A stretch of 64,000 nt of DNA, from positions 1,178,001 through 1,242,000 of the forward strand of contig NC_043010.1 in NCBI RefSeq assembly GCF_006345805.1, in the 5' to 3' direction. Shown here piece by piece: positions 14,302 to 27,230 of the stretch (its first letter is position 1; each line of letters opens with the position of its first letter). The position numbers and the translations under genes are program-made. The notes below the pieces were generated by a model. It did no database searches, was not told where the DNA came from, and was given only the letters and a program-made list of their open reading frames with translations. Origin of the DNA: Octopus sinensis (taxonomy: Eukaryota).

Positions 14302-14713
14302 GCACAAACATGCATACACACAAAACATATCCTCAAACCCTGTAATATTTATCAATATATAACGGCAAGTAATATGAGAGGTCTTCTGCTGTCCTCTATG
14401 TCCAAGCATTGTTTCTCTCATATCCTCTCTTATCAGGTCCATCATGGTCAAGACTCTCACATTTCAAATAGTTTTAACCTGCCAAACAGTAAATATTGGT
14501 TGATGTCACTTTTACTTAAAGCTTCAAATATTACAAAAAAAAAAAAGAAAACAAATGAAATGCAAAAAATAAAACAGAAAAAGAAAAAATAATTCAGTGA
14601 TAAACAAAATGATAGTGAAATGTAATTAGATCGGTGAATGAAAATGATTTGTTTCATAAACGCAAGTAAGGGAGATAAATCTTCTGGTTGTTTCATCTTC
14701 ATTTGGAATCGTT

Positions 14714-14722
<9 letters not shown>
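14285..14722 (+). repeat. About 440-bp duplicate of 11655-12102, flanked by (CA)n on both sides
   Basis: Near-identical except in A-homopolymer tracts. Confidence 0.92.
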
Positions 14723-14745
<23 letters not shown>

Positions 14746-15235
14746 GACACACACACACACACACACACACACAGCAAGCAAAGTAGTAACTATACTTAGA
14801 AGTAGTATTTATCGCCACAACAATATGGTTGTTCTCTAGGAACTGATGTTACTACTATTTTTAACACCAGGAGGAGCCTTCTCCAGCTGGTCATTGATGC
14901 AACCTGCACCCAATATATACTGCAAAATCTATATATCTTGTTTTTGCAAATAACTTGGAGATGCAAGTGCTGCCAGTTGATGGCTCTGCATAGTAGATGC
15001 TAGCAAGCTTATTGAGTCATCTGGACTGAATCATTTTGGATCCTTCCGCTTGACTGCATTACTGCACACTAGTTCAACTCACTGAAATAAGGCCCTGCGA
15101 GATCAACTGGTTATTAGGTTTCATTCAATAATTTCCAGTCATGTTCATCATCTCTTTTTAGCCATGTATGTATGTGTGGATAATTGTTTCTTCTGACATC
15201 TGTTTTTCTATGCTAGCTTGGGTTAGATGAATATA

Positions 15236-15460
15236 TTTCTTTCTTTATTGCCCACAGGGGGCTAAACACAGAGAGGACAGACAAAGGGCTTAAGTCAGTT
15301 ACATCGACCCCAGTGTGTAACTGGCACTTAATTTATTGACCCTGAAAGGATGAAAGGCAAAGTCGACCTCGGTGGAATTTGAACTCAGAACATAATGGCA
15401 GCCGAAATACCGCTAAGCATTTCACCCGATGGGCTAACGATTCTGCCAGCTCACCGCCCT
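15236..15460 (-). mobile_element. SINE family B copy
   Basis: Reverse complement of 52808-53040. Confidence 0.88.
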
Positions 15461-15818
15461 AAGATGAATATATTATTGAGCTACAGTTAATATATTCATC
15501 TTAGAGCGGCGAGCTGGCAGAATTGTTAGATGAAATATATTATTGAGCTACAGTTTAACAGGCAAATGCTCTTCCTGTTACTAACTCTCACCTGCTTTTC
15601 AAGTAAGAGGTCTCTCATTGCACACACCAATTAAAGCACACAACCAGCAGACATTATGTTGACAAGTAGAATGAGAACATCACTGCTCGTAGCTAAGTGG
15701 TATTTATGGAAAAGTTCAAATGTACATAAACACAGACATGCACACAGGTACACACACAATACAGATATACATACATACAATCATACATATACATATATAT
15801 ATATACATATATATATAT

Positions 15819-15991
15819 ATTTCGTTTTGGGATTTGGTTTGCAAGATTCTTTATATGAGTTCGTGTGTTGAAGCATATTCTGTTGTGTCTGGAGAGACTC
15901 TTTTTCTTTTTGTGCCTTATAATGTGTTACATAATGTAACACATTATAAGGCACAAAGAAAAAAATGACTCTCCCCAGACACACCAGAATA
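15819..15991. mobile_element. Fold-back copy of the CCCAAAACGAAAT family within (TA)n
   Basis: Perfect 23-bp arms 15909-15931 and 15935-15957, extended imperfectly to 15877 and 15991. Same sequence as 27930-28031. Confidence 0.8.
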
Positions 15992-16745
15992 TATATATAC
16001 ACACACATATATACATATACCTATATACATACTTATATATACACACATATATACATATACATATATACATACATACATACATACACACATATATATGAGA
16101 GTCTCCACTCAGTTTCTGTGTACCAAATTCACCAAGAAGGCACTAGTTGGCCAGAGTCTATTGTAGCAGACGCTTACCTAAGGTGCTTCAGTATAATTTC
16201 CAGGAGATTCCGTCTCTGTTCTGAGGAATCCCTATCCATTCTGTGGACTAATGAGAAGATACTTAATACAATTTCTGAAAGACTATCAAGATGCCTACAC
16301 GCATATAAATGTACTTTCGCAAAATGCAGTGAGAATGAATTGTTAACTTAGTGTAATTTTATTTTGCTTTAAGGTATGGATGACTTCAGTTTACTTCTAA
16401 CCTCCCCATTCTTGTAAACACCTACTAAATAACCAACTTGCTTTGTAATCATGAGTGCGCCTAACCTCGCGTGTGTGTGTGCTTACAGTTTTGATAATGC
16501 TTGTATGAGTGCATCTACTTGTACCATGCAGCTTGCCTGACGGTGTTTATATATCCATATGTGTTAACGATTATTTTCAAAACTTTTCTCATTGGATTAA
16601 GTATTCTTTGCTCTTTTTGTCTTCTGCAATTTTATTTTTGGATCTTCTATATATATGAAGAATTTTCCTCCATCTGGCTGTTTTTCTCTCTACAAAACGG
16701 AAAGTTGCATTGTGGAACAGTCATTTTAACGAATTTTAAAATTTT

Positions 16746-16857
16746 ATTTATCACCTGACGAGATATGTCTGCACCACCAGATACACTAGAACCAGTTGTT
16801 GATTGTCCCACAAGAGGAATCAATGCTAGATATGTCGAAACAATTGTTGTGATTAAT
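16746..16857 (+). ncRNA. Type I hammerhead ribozyme with long stem II
   Basis: AUUUAUCAC CUGACGA GAUAUGUCU...AGAUAUGUC GAAA CAAUUG UU^ GUGAUUAAU. Stem I pairs 8 of 9, stem II has two G.U pairs, stem III is the palindrome ACAAUUGU. Confidence 0.8.
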
Positions 16858-17019
16858 AATATATTCTTGTATATTCCATCTTCTGGCTTTCATTGGTTAT
16901 ATATAGATATATACAATACAATATCCCTACACATCTCGCATCTATTTTCTTTCCTCCCCATCACTCTCTATTTTGTATCTTATCTAAATTAACTATTACT
17001 TAACCATCCTCTCATACCA

Positions 17020-17065
17020 TCTCCGATGAAGGGAGATAATAAATATCCAGGAAACAGCTGTAAGA
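17020..17065 (+). ncRNA. Variant or degenerate minimal hammerhead
   Basis: UCU CCGAUGA A GGGAGAUA-AUAAA-UAUCCAG GAAA CAGCUG UA^ AGA. U4 changed to C, imperfect stem II, palindromic stem III ACAGCUGU. Confidence 0.65.
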
Positions 17066-17304
17066 CCTTCTATCTATAAATGTTCTAAAATCTACACAGC
17101 CTTGGTTTTTTATCTCATTACGCAAAATAAATTTTTATATACACATGCTGACATATGACCAATGTTGAACCCCTTATTTGCATATTCACTGAACCTGGAA
17201 CTTAACTATGGTTTATCTATAGCACTTACTCAGCATAACTTGACACCTTTGGGTCTCAATGACACATTACCTCTCATAACCTCCTATATATATATATATA
17301 TGAA

Positions 17305-17618
17305 GGCACGTGGCTTACTGGTTAGGGCATTCCACTCATGATCGTAAGGTCTTGAGTTCAATTCCCGGTAACGCATTATGCCCTTAAGCAAGACACTTTA
17401 TTTCACTTTATTTCCAGTCCACTCAGCTGGCAAAAATGAATAGTACCCTTTCTTCAAAGGGCCAGCCTTGTCACATTCTGTGTCACACTGAATCTCCCTA
17501 TGAACTAAATTAAGGGTGTACATATCTGTAGAGTGCTCAGCCACTTACACATTAATTTCATGAACAGGCTGTTCCGTTGAGAGCTAGGACCCTCATCGTC
17601 TTAATCGATGGAGTGCTC
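17305..17618 (+). mobile_element. tRNA-derived SINE family C
   Basis: A-box TGGCTTACTGG, B-box GAGTTCAATTCCC, central ccttaagcaagacactttatttcac...tccagtccactcagctg domain shared with copies at about 800-1105, 12601-12835, 29530-29740 and 52230-52600. Confidence 0.85.
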
Positions 17619-17628
17619 CATATATGTG

Positions 17629-17674
<46 letters not shown>

Positions 17675-17952
17675 GTATATATATACACACACACACATAT
17701 ATGTATATATATACACGCACACACAATATATATATATATACACATGTACACATGTGTGTATATGTAAGCATATATGTATATATGTGTGTATGTGTGTTTG
17801 AGTGCATATTATATTTGTACACACACATGTATATATGTATGTACCTTTGGGTAAGTCCATGTGCAAATGTGTATAATGTATGTAGGAACAAATGTTTGCA
17901 CACACTTTTGGATTACGTGTGTATATGAATGTCAGATTGTAGGTTTATGTGA

Positions 17953-17985
<33 letters not shown>

Positions 17986-18033
17986 ACTTACACACACACT
18001 CATATATTTATATGTACATATATATATGCATAT

Positions 18034-20360
18034 GTCTGCCGAATGTTGAGAGTCTGCCGAATGTTGACCCAACAGAGGGACCAGCTATCCGAGTTGATAG
18101 TTCTGTGGTAGCTAAGGCAATTAGAAGCATGAAGACAGGGAAAGCCCCAGGCCCATCAGGAATCACTGCAGAGATGCTCAAAATGTCTGGTAGTGTCGGC
18201 TATAGCCTAGTCACCCATATAGTTAATCAGGTGATACACAAAGGGGTCATACCCAATGACTGGTGTAGCAGTATAATAGTCAACTGCTACAAAGGTAAAG
18301 GTGATGCCTAGATACAAATAACTACAGAGGTATCAAGCTGTTGGACCAGGTGATGAAGGTTACGGAGAGGGTCATAGCCCAACTAATTAGAGAGAGAGTT
18401 AGTTTAGATGAGATGCAGTTTGGGTTTGTGCCAGGGAAAAGTACTACTGATGCTATATTCCTGGTAAGGCAGCTGCAGGAGAAATACCTAGCCAAAGATA
18501 AGCCCCTGTACCTGGCTTTTGTTGACATGGAGAAAGCCTTCGACAGGGTCCCCCGATCCCTTATCTGGTGGGCAATGAGAAAACTAGGGATAGATGAATG
18601 GTTAGAGAGCTGTGCGGGCCATGTATAGGGACGCCGCTAGTAGGGTGAGGTGTTGGAAATGAGTACAGTGAAGAATTCCGGGTAGAGGTAGGGGTCCACC
18701 AGGGCTCAGTACTCAGCCCCCTCCTATTTATCATAGTCCTCCAGGCAATAACGGAGGAATTCAAGACAGGATGCCCTTGGGAGCTCCTCTATGCTGATGA
18801 CCTTGCTCTAATTGCTGAGTCGCTATCAGAACTGGAGGAGAAGTTTCAGGTGTGGAAACAAGGATTAGAATCGAAGGGCCTCAGAGTCAATCTAGCTAAA
18901 ACCAAAGTCGTAATCAGTAGGAAGGTAGACAAATCACAAACACCTTCAGGTAGATGGCCCTGCTCGATCTGTAGAAAAGGTGTAGGTAGAAACTCTATAA
19001 GATGCACCAAGTGTAAGCTATGGACACATAAGAGATGCAGCAATGTCAAAGGAAGGCTAACTAGGAAGATGGTTTTTGTATGTGGCAGATGCTCAGGAAC
19101 AATAAACACTGAAAATGCTCTGAGACCAACTTCCGTCACTTCCAGGGAGAAAAACTAGAAATAGTTGATAGTTTCCGTTACCTAGGTGACCAAGTCAGCA
19201 GCGGGGGTGGGTGTGCTGAAAGTGTAACTGCTAGAGTAAGAATAGCTTGGGCAAAGTTCAGAGAGCTCTTACCTCTGCTGGTGACAAAAGGCCTCTCGCA
19301 CAGAGTGAAAGGCAGACTGTATGATGCGTGTGTACGAACAGCCATGCTACATGGCAGTGAAACATGGGCCGTGACTGCTGAGGATATGCGTAAGCTCGCT
19401 AGAAATGAAGCCAGTATGCTCCGATGGATGTGTAATGCTGGTACTCACACTCGGCAGAGTGTAAGTACCTTGAGAGAAAAGCTGGACCTAAGAAGCATCA
19501 GTTGTGGTGTGCAAGAGAGACGTTTGCGCTGGTATGGTCATGTGGCGAGAATGGATGAAGATAGTTGTGTGAAAAAGTGCCACACCCTAGCGGTTGAGGG
19601 AACCTGTGGAAGAGGCAGACCCAGGAAAACCTGGGACGAGGTGGTGAAGCACGACCTTCGAACTTTAGGTCTCACTGAGGAAATGACTAGAGACCGAGAC
19701 CTCTGGAAGTGTGCTGTGCGCGAGAAGACCCGGCAGGACAAGTGAGTCCACAACCCGTGGCCTTCTACATGGGATGGAGCCAGCCTACGTATGCATACCT
19801 TCCCTTCTTGGGACACAAAACTCTACTTGTGAAGACGTGTTGAGGCAAGTGAGGATCAGAATCGAAATCGATCAATGGAAATTGCGGATGTGCTACCAGT
19901 GCCGGTGGCATGTCGAAACTCTGCTTGTGAAGACCCATTGAGGCAAGTGAGGATCAGAATCGAAATCGATCAATGGAAATCGATCAATGGAAATTGCAGA
20001 TGTGTTACCAGTGCCGGTGGCATGTAAGAGAACTTTCCGTTTCGCGACCGTTGCCAGCACCGCCCCGTTTCGTGTCCGTTGCCAGCCTCGCCTGGCCCTC
20101 GTGCCGGTGGCACATAAAAAGCACCATCCGTTCGTGGCCGTTTGCCAGCTCTGTCTGGCACCAGTGCGGGTGGCACGTAAAAAGCACCCACTACACTCAC
20201 GGAGTGGTTGGCGTAGGAAGGGCATCCAGCCGTAGAAACACTGCCAGATTTGACTGGGCCTGATGAAGCTTCTGGCTTCACAGACCCCAGTAGAACCGTC
20301 CAACCCATGCTGCATGGAAAACGGACGCTAAAGATGATGATGATGATGATGATGATGATG
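18034..20360 (+). mobile_element. RTE-clade LINE, 5'-truncated, disrupted RT ORF plus 3'UTR ending in (GAT)n
   Basis: RT motifs across broken frames: KTGKAPGPSGI, PNDWCSSIIVNCYKGKGDA, QFGFVPGKSTTDAIF, FVDMEKAFDRV, GVHQGSVLSPLLF, LLYADDL (YADD about 18790-18801), CKLWTHKRCS zinc-finger-like insert, LHGSETWAV, RLRWYGHVARM, GRGRPRKTW. Several frameshifts. 3'UTR ends at a (GAT)n tail about 20333-20360. Confidence 0.95.
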
Positions 20361-20461
20361 TGATGTTTGTTGTATAATATATTGTATATATGTATGTGAG
20401 TTAGGTTCTAAGTTGGTGTATGTATGTATATATTTGCATGTGTGTGTTTGTATATATATGT

Positions 20462-20504
<43 letters not shown>

Positions 20505-21266
20505 TCTGTTCTTGTATGTGCATGTACATGTATTTGTATATACATCAATGTATGTGTGTGCATATATGTATACATTTGTACTTCTTTATGTATCTGTGTG
20601 TATGCATGTATGTATATTTATGTGGCAGTGTCTATAACATTGACCCTAAAGGAAGAATTTTTAACTCGGGAAGTTGTTTTGTCATTACCGAATGATCTTT
20701 CTCTCTCTAATTACATATGCATGAAGATTTTAAATATTCATCAACACACGGCTCTCTCTCTCCCTCTCTCCCTCTCCCTCTCTCTCTCTCTCTGCAAGTC
20801 GTTCTGTACATTGGATGCTGGTTGATTTTTCTTTTGTCTTTTGTTTTCTTGTTGTTGGTGCCTACTAAACATTGGCGTGTGTATACACCGAAAATTATAT
20901 TCACGCCAAGCAAACATTGGCCAACAGTAATGGTGATAGGAAAAGATAACAATGATGAAGGTGACGATGATGATGATGGTGGTGGTGTGGTGGTGGTGGT
21001 GGTGGTGGTGGTGGTGATGATGACGACGACGATGATGATGATGATAATGATGACGATGATGATGACGATGGTGATGATGATGATAGCTATGATGGTGGTG
21101 ATAACTAATAATAATAATAGTAAGAAGATTGGTAACAAGATGAAATTACTTATGGTTTGTAGCTTACGGTGCCTTTAATTAGCTCCTTTCATGAGTGATA
21201 TTGAGAGAGAGAGAGAGAGAGAGAAGAGAGGGAGAGAGACAAGGGGCGGGGGAGTGAGAGAGATAG

Positions 21267-21303
<37 letters not shown>

Positions 21304-22531
21304 CAGTAAAAGACACTCATAAATAAAAAATAACAGATACACACACACACACATATATATATACATATATATACATACATATACACACTTGTGTACATAT
21401 ATGTGTATGTGTGTATATATATATATATTTGTATGTACATATATATGTGTGTGTGTTTATGTATACATTTCTCTCTCTCTCTCTCTCTCTCTGTATATAT
21501 GCATATTCAGAGGAGGCTGGCATGGACGAGTGGTTAAGAAGTTCACTTAATAAACATAAGATCCTCAGTTCAATTCCGGTGTATGGCATTTTGAGCCAGA
21601 TGTCTTTTATGAAAAACCACTCTTAAGATCGAAGTTTGGTAGATGGAAACTTTCAGATAGAGTGTGACCATCATAAGAAGGTCTGGCTTTGTCACATCCA
21701 CACTGGTTCTTCCTAAGAATTATTATGGTAAGAGTGAGAATACTTGGCCACTCACGTTGTAATCCATAGAGTAGGAAGTCGAATCAGTAGAACTGGATAC
21801 CTCATTGGAAAAACTGACAGAAGACACACACACACACACACACACACACACATTTACACACACACACACTCATACACATACACATACATAGCTTGCTAGA
21901 TAAATACATATACATACGCACACGCACACATGTATAGAGATATATCTACACACAGACACACAAATACACACACATATATCATCATCCTATATATACATGT
22001 ATATCTACATACACACATGCACAAACACACACACACTAATAAGTGCACATACCCACACACTAATACGTACACACACACACACGCAAACACACACATATAC
22101 ATTTACATATACATACATATGTAAATAGAGGTATATATTGTTATAGATAGGTAGAGAGAAAGTATTATATATATAGCCATATATGTATGTTTATGTACAT
22201 TTGTAAAGATAGAGCTATCTCTCTCTCTCTCTCTATATAATATATATATATAACGCATATACATACATGCATATATGCATACACATACACACACCACACA
22301 CACACACACATATATATATATACATACATGCATACATACATATATATATATACACTCACAAACACATCCACACATGCATACACACATAAAGGCCACCCCC
22401 CACTCACCACACACACATACACACACACACATGCACATCTAAGCACATGTATATACAAAGGAAAAAAAAAAGAAGAGGTATGAAGGTGGAGCGGGGGTAG
22501 GGCTGGAGAGAATGAGAAAGAGTAGGAATAC

Positions 22532-22749
22532 CTGCAAGTTTATGCTGTCTACCTTTGTTGTCGAATTTGTTAGTAATGAAAGCTGTGCATCTTATTTGAA
22601 CAGTTACTATTGTGTTTGATGAATGGGTGGAATAGCAGAATGGTAAAGGATAGGTAGATGAGAGGGGGGTTGGTTTAGTAACAGTGGCAGCATACCATGG
22701 CGTGTACTGATGAAATAAAGAGAGAGGTGCAGTGGGGGTTTCCTTTGCT
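22532..22749 (-). CDS. Candidate internal coding exon of an unidentified gene (phase 2 to phase 1)
   Basis: Unique non-repetitive ORF AKETPTAPLSLFHQYTPWYAATVTKPTPLSSTYPLPFCYSTHSSNTIVTVQIRCTAFITNKFDNKGRQHKLA. Acceptor ...ttacaatgcag after a long AG-free tract, donor GCAG|gtattc. All plus frames are closed. Confidence 0.45.
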
Positions 22750-23295
22750 CTGCATTGTAATAAGGTATGTAGGAACACACAGCATTTTGGTTAATAAATA
22801 AAGAGATAGATAAAGCAATAAACAAATAAGTAAATAAATAAATAAGGGCAGCGTGTTGTCATTATCATTGTGGCTGTTGTTTAGCCCTAGGCTAGATCTG
22901 ATAGAGCAAGATCTATGATCAAGATTGTTTGGAGTATGACCATCCATTGTTTTGTTTTACAGGCACCATATCTAACACTGTCGGGCTTTGATATCAATAT
23001 CATCCTTTTAAGACAGTAGAATGTAATTTTAGGGAGATTTAAGCTGTTATTTCTAGCATGTATAGTGACTACAGATGCTCTACTTTTAGCTTTGAAAGCT
23101 GTATGATTTATAAATAGTGTAGGATTCAAAAGGAATATCGAAAGAAGAGTTCCACCATGTCTGTCCCATATATTTAAAGCTACCAAGAGCTACCAATAGC
23201 AAAATAATATAAATATAGCTACCAATAGCTAAATAATATAAATTTTGTCCTATTGTAAAAACTTTTTAAAAATAGGACAAAATTTATATTATTTA

Positions 23296-23327
<32 letters not shown>

Positions 23328-23914
23328 TTCTCTATCTATAACATATATACAAATATGCATATATTTTAAGACGTTAGTATGATCTGATAAAAAATTTGGC
23401 TGCTACTTTTAGGATATTTTCTGATCCCAAAGACACTCCCTTCTTGGCTTAAAAAAATGGTGAACCCTCCCACCTAATGGGAGGGTTTACCACTTGAATC
23501 TTAGGCTGAAGAAAGGACTGTTGCTCAGTTTATTGCATGAATATGCACCAAACATCAAGGTCAGGTACAAATCCTTCCTTGATTGAAGTCAGTGCAACTT
23601 TAGATGTAGTTAAGCTGGATTGTGACTTCAGGTTAGTTAATAAAGTATTTTAGTAGAGCACCTACCAATTTTGTAACTAGAAGCCCTCTTCCACACCTGC
23701 CATTAGGAGCTTCGTTGGGGTTCCCTCTGCAGAGAAGAGCATCCCCAGGCAGGAGAGAGAATACGTTGTTGATCCTAAATTGAGCCACCATAAAATCTTC
23801 TGGGGGACATGAGGTGCATCTAGGGGTAGAGACTAACCTCCCTGAGGCATAAGCCATGGAGGCAATTATAGCACTCAGATGAGGCAAGGCTGCTGGAAAG
23901 GATGAAATTTAGTA

Positions 23915-24310
23915 GCTTTATGTTTTACTTGTTTCAATCAATGGGCTGTGGCCTAGCTGGGGCACTGCCTCGAAGTGTTTTATTTGACCAAATCAACTCC
24001 ACTACTTTCTTTTTAAAGTCTGCTATTGTACTTATTTTATCCAGATCTTTTGATGAATGATTAAGTTTTAGGGACGTGAACAAACCAACATCGGTTATCA
24101 AGTTATCAAGTAGTGGGCAAGGAACAAACTCAAACACACACACACACATACACATATTACATGCTTCCATACAGTTTCCATCTCCCAGATTTACTCACAA
24201 AGCATTGGTCAACTCAGGACCATAGTAGAAGACATTTGTGGAAGGTGCTTCATGGTGGGACTGAACCTGAAACCACGTGGTTACAAAGAAAGCTTCTTAA
24301 CCACACAGCC
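23915..24310 (-). mobile_element. SINE family A copy
   Basis: Reverse complement collinear with family A. Confidence 0.8.
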
Positions 24311-24867
24311 ATCCCCATCCCTTGCTTTATTTTATGGTCCTTTTTGTTTTGTTTTGTTTTGTTTTTAAACTAACAAAGTTTATTTATATTTGATGGAGAC
24401 TTGACTGCTATTTCTAACACATCAACTGACCACGTTGAGGAATCCTTTGTTGGTTTATGAAGCTCCATATACCTACATCAACAGTGAAGTGAATATCCAT
24501 TGTTTAGTTAACAGTGAACCATCCATGCATGATTCAAATTGGTTGAATTAACCTGAGAACATGCACATTAATATCTTTATACATGTCCAACGCATGAATG
24601 GACACACATGTGCTGACAACTCTTTTAGAAACGTCGGACCTTTACACATTGTCTACGCAAAACACAATCGCTTTGTTCCGGCTGCGGGCTTGTTTTACTT
24701 TTTGCTTTATCTATTTTTTATTAGATATTTTTTTTTATCAGATTCTACAGAATTTCTTCAGCTTCCTATTGAACGAAAATATAATCCCTTCCTCCTCCCT
24801 CGTCCTGATCCTTCTTTCTCTCTCCCTCCTACTCTCTCCATTCCTCCACTCTCATCACCATCCTTCT

Positions 24868-24909
<42 letters not shown>

Positions 24910-25045
24910 TTCTACTCTCCGTTCTTTAGCTCTCACCACCACCTTTCTCCCTCCCTTCCTCTCCCTGACTTCCTTATCTCTCATCACAATCATTCTTTCT
25001 CTTTCCCTTCTACTCTCTCAATTCCTCCTCTCTCATCATCATCCT

Positions 25046-25077
<32 letters not shown>

Positions 25078-25790
25078 TCTTGCTTACGCTCTCTCCATTC
25101 CCTAACTCTCATCACCACCCTACTCTCCCTCTCCCTCATCTCTCACCACTACCCTTTCTCTCTCCTCCTTCCTCTCTCTGTCTTGCTCTTCTCAATTATT
25201 CATCACCATTCTTTGTTTTCACTGTTGTTGTTGTTGTTGTTGTTGTGCAACCTAGTCAGTTATGATTGAGCAGAGCTATGATCAAAGACTTACCATCTAT
25301 GGCCACTTTTCATTTTCCTTTTTTTGTTTTCTGTTTTTCCAGGCATAGGGCACTCTGGACAATGTTATTCAATGTGTCATCTTTATTTTTTTTTTGTAGA
25401 TATGCTATGATGTAGTCTGAGCAAAATTTGGGCATTATTTCTAGCAGACTGAATGACCACATAAGAGCCCTTTCATTTTGACTCAACATTATTCATTGTC
25501 ACATAACAAACATTATAACATTCTGTTGTTTCATTGTATTACACTACATTATCCTCTTTCTAGACATGTTTTTTTGCAGTAAATATATGTTGGTCATCAG
25601 ACAAAAGAAAAAATCAAAACAAAATCATTCATATAGGTGCAGGAGTGGCTGTGTGGTAAGCCACATGGTTCTGTGTTCAGCCCCACTTCATGGCACCTTG
25701 GGCAAGTGTCTTCTACCATAGCCTCAGGCCAACCAAAGCCTTGTGAGAGGATTTGGTAGATGGAAACTGAAAGAAGCCTGTTGTACATAT

Positions 25791-25853
<63 letters not shown>

Positions 25854-26579
25854 GTATCCATCGCAATGGTCAGGCAGTCTATCTGCTGTCAGCACTTGCT
25901 GCATGGTGGCCTGGGTATGCTGTGGTTGATGATGTGCAGACATGCACTGAGGCTACGACATCTCCCGTAATTCACCGGACACGTATTTCTGCCCCTAGTT
26001 TCCTTAACGGAGCTGCAGTCCTGGATAAAATAGAGACCGAGGGGGAGCATTTGGAAAGTGGAATGTCTTCAAGTGCTCACAGCCTTCAGCCAATTGGAAC
26101 TGCAATGGGTGGAACATGCATTTTAAGCTTTTTATAGAGGATTAGTGGAGGAAAAGTGCGACGATGTTCTTAGGGAGACCTTGGGCATCGAAGATGATCA
26201 CCTAGTCCCTCTTTTCCAGAGAACTTTTGAACCTGGACCAATGAATAATTTTCAAAAATCTCTGACCTGGCAGAGAAGGAATTGGAGATGGAACTTGCTC
26301 TCAGGTTTGCAGGGAAATCTCAGACAGTGGGGTTCCTCACTTATCCCCAGAGGTCTTCTTGTATCAGGAGGGCCACACCTCTATCACCCTACCTGCCCAT
26401 TTTTTTTAAACCTTTGTATGCTTTGCATATGTCCCTTCTTTTTCAGTGTATACTCTGTATACTTAATTTCATTCTTTCTTTCCATTTTTTCTTCCTATCA
26501 TTTCATTATATGTAAACCCCAACACTTTATGTCTATCTTTGTATTGCCCCTCATCCGTCGCCCTTGTGGCAAATAAATG

Positions 26580-26945
<366 letters not shown>

Positions 26946-26954
26946 TATTCTTAG

Positions 26955-27196
26955 CTGAGACATACAGACAATGTGACTGCATGAAAAAGCAATAAACTTA
27001 TTATTGCTGTGGCAGTGAAAATTCTTCCAAGAAATTGGATTAGATTCGGACAAACTAAAGACTAAACCTAAGGCAGCCAGAGCAGCAACCGAAATGGACA
27101 TGGTGATGGTGCACAAGTCAACCATAGAGTACAACTATAAAGGCATGCTCTTACACAGACAACACTTTGATGAACTGAATAGCCCACACATAAATG

Positions 27197-27230
<34 letters not shown>

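Larger units (their letters stand above)
16600..17145 (+). mobile_element. Penelope-like pseudo-LTR remnant carrying two tandem hammerheads
   Basis: Two HHR motifs 270 bp apart followed by an AT-rich tail. Positions 16640-16812 recur inverted at 38338-38505. Confidence 0.6.

Noticed and set aside
24825-25110. Repeated ctactctctccattcctccactctcatca unit (3 copies)
   Set aside because: Low-complexity pyrimidine-rich slippage repeat with no evidence of function.
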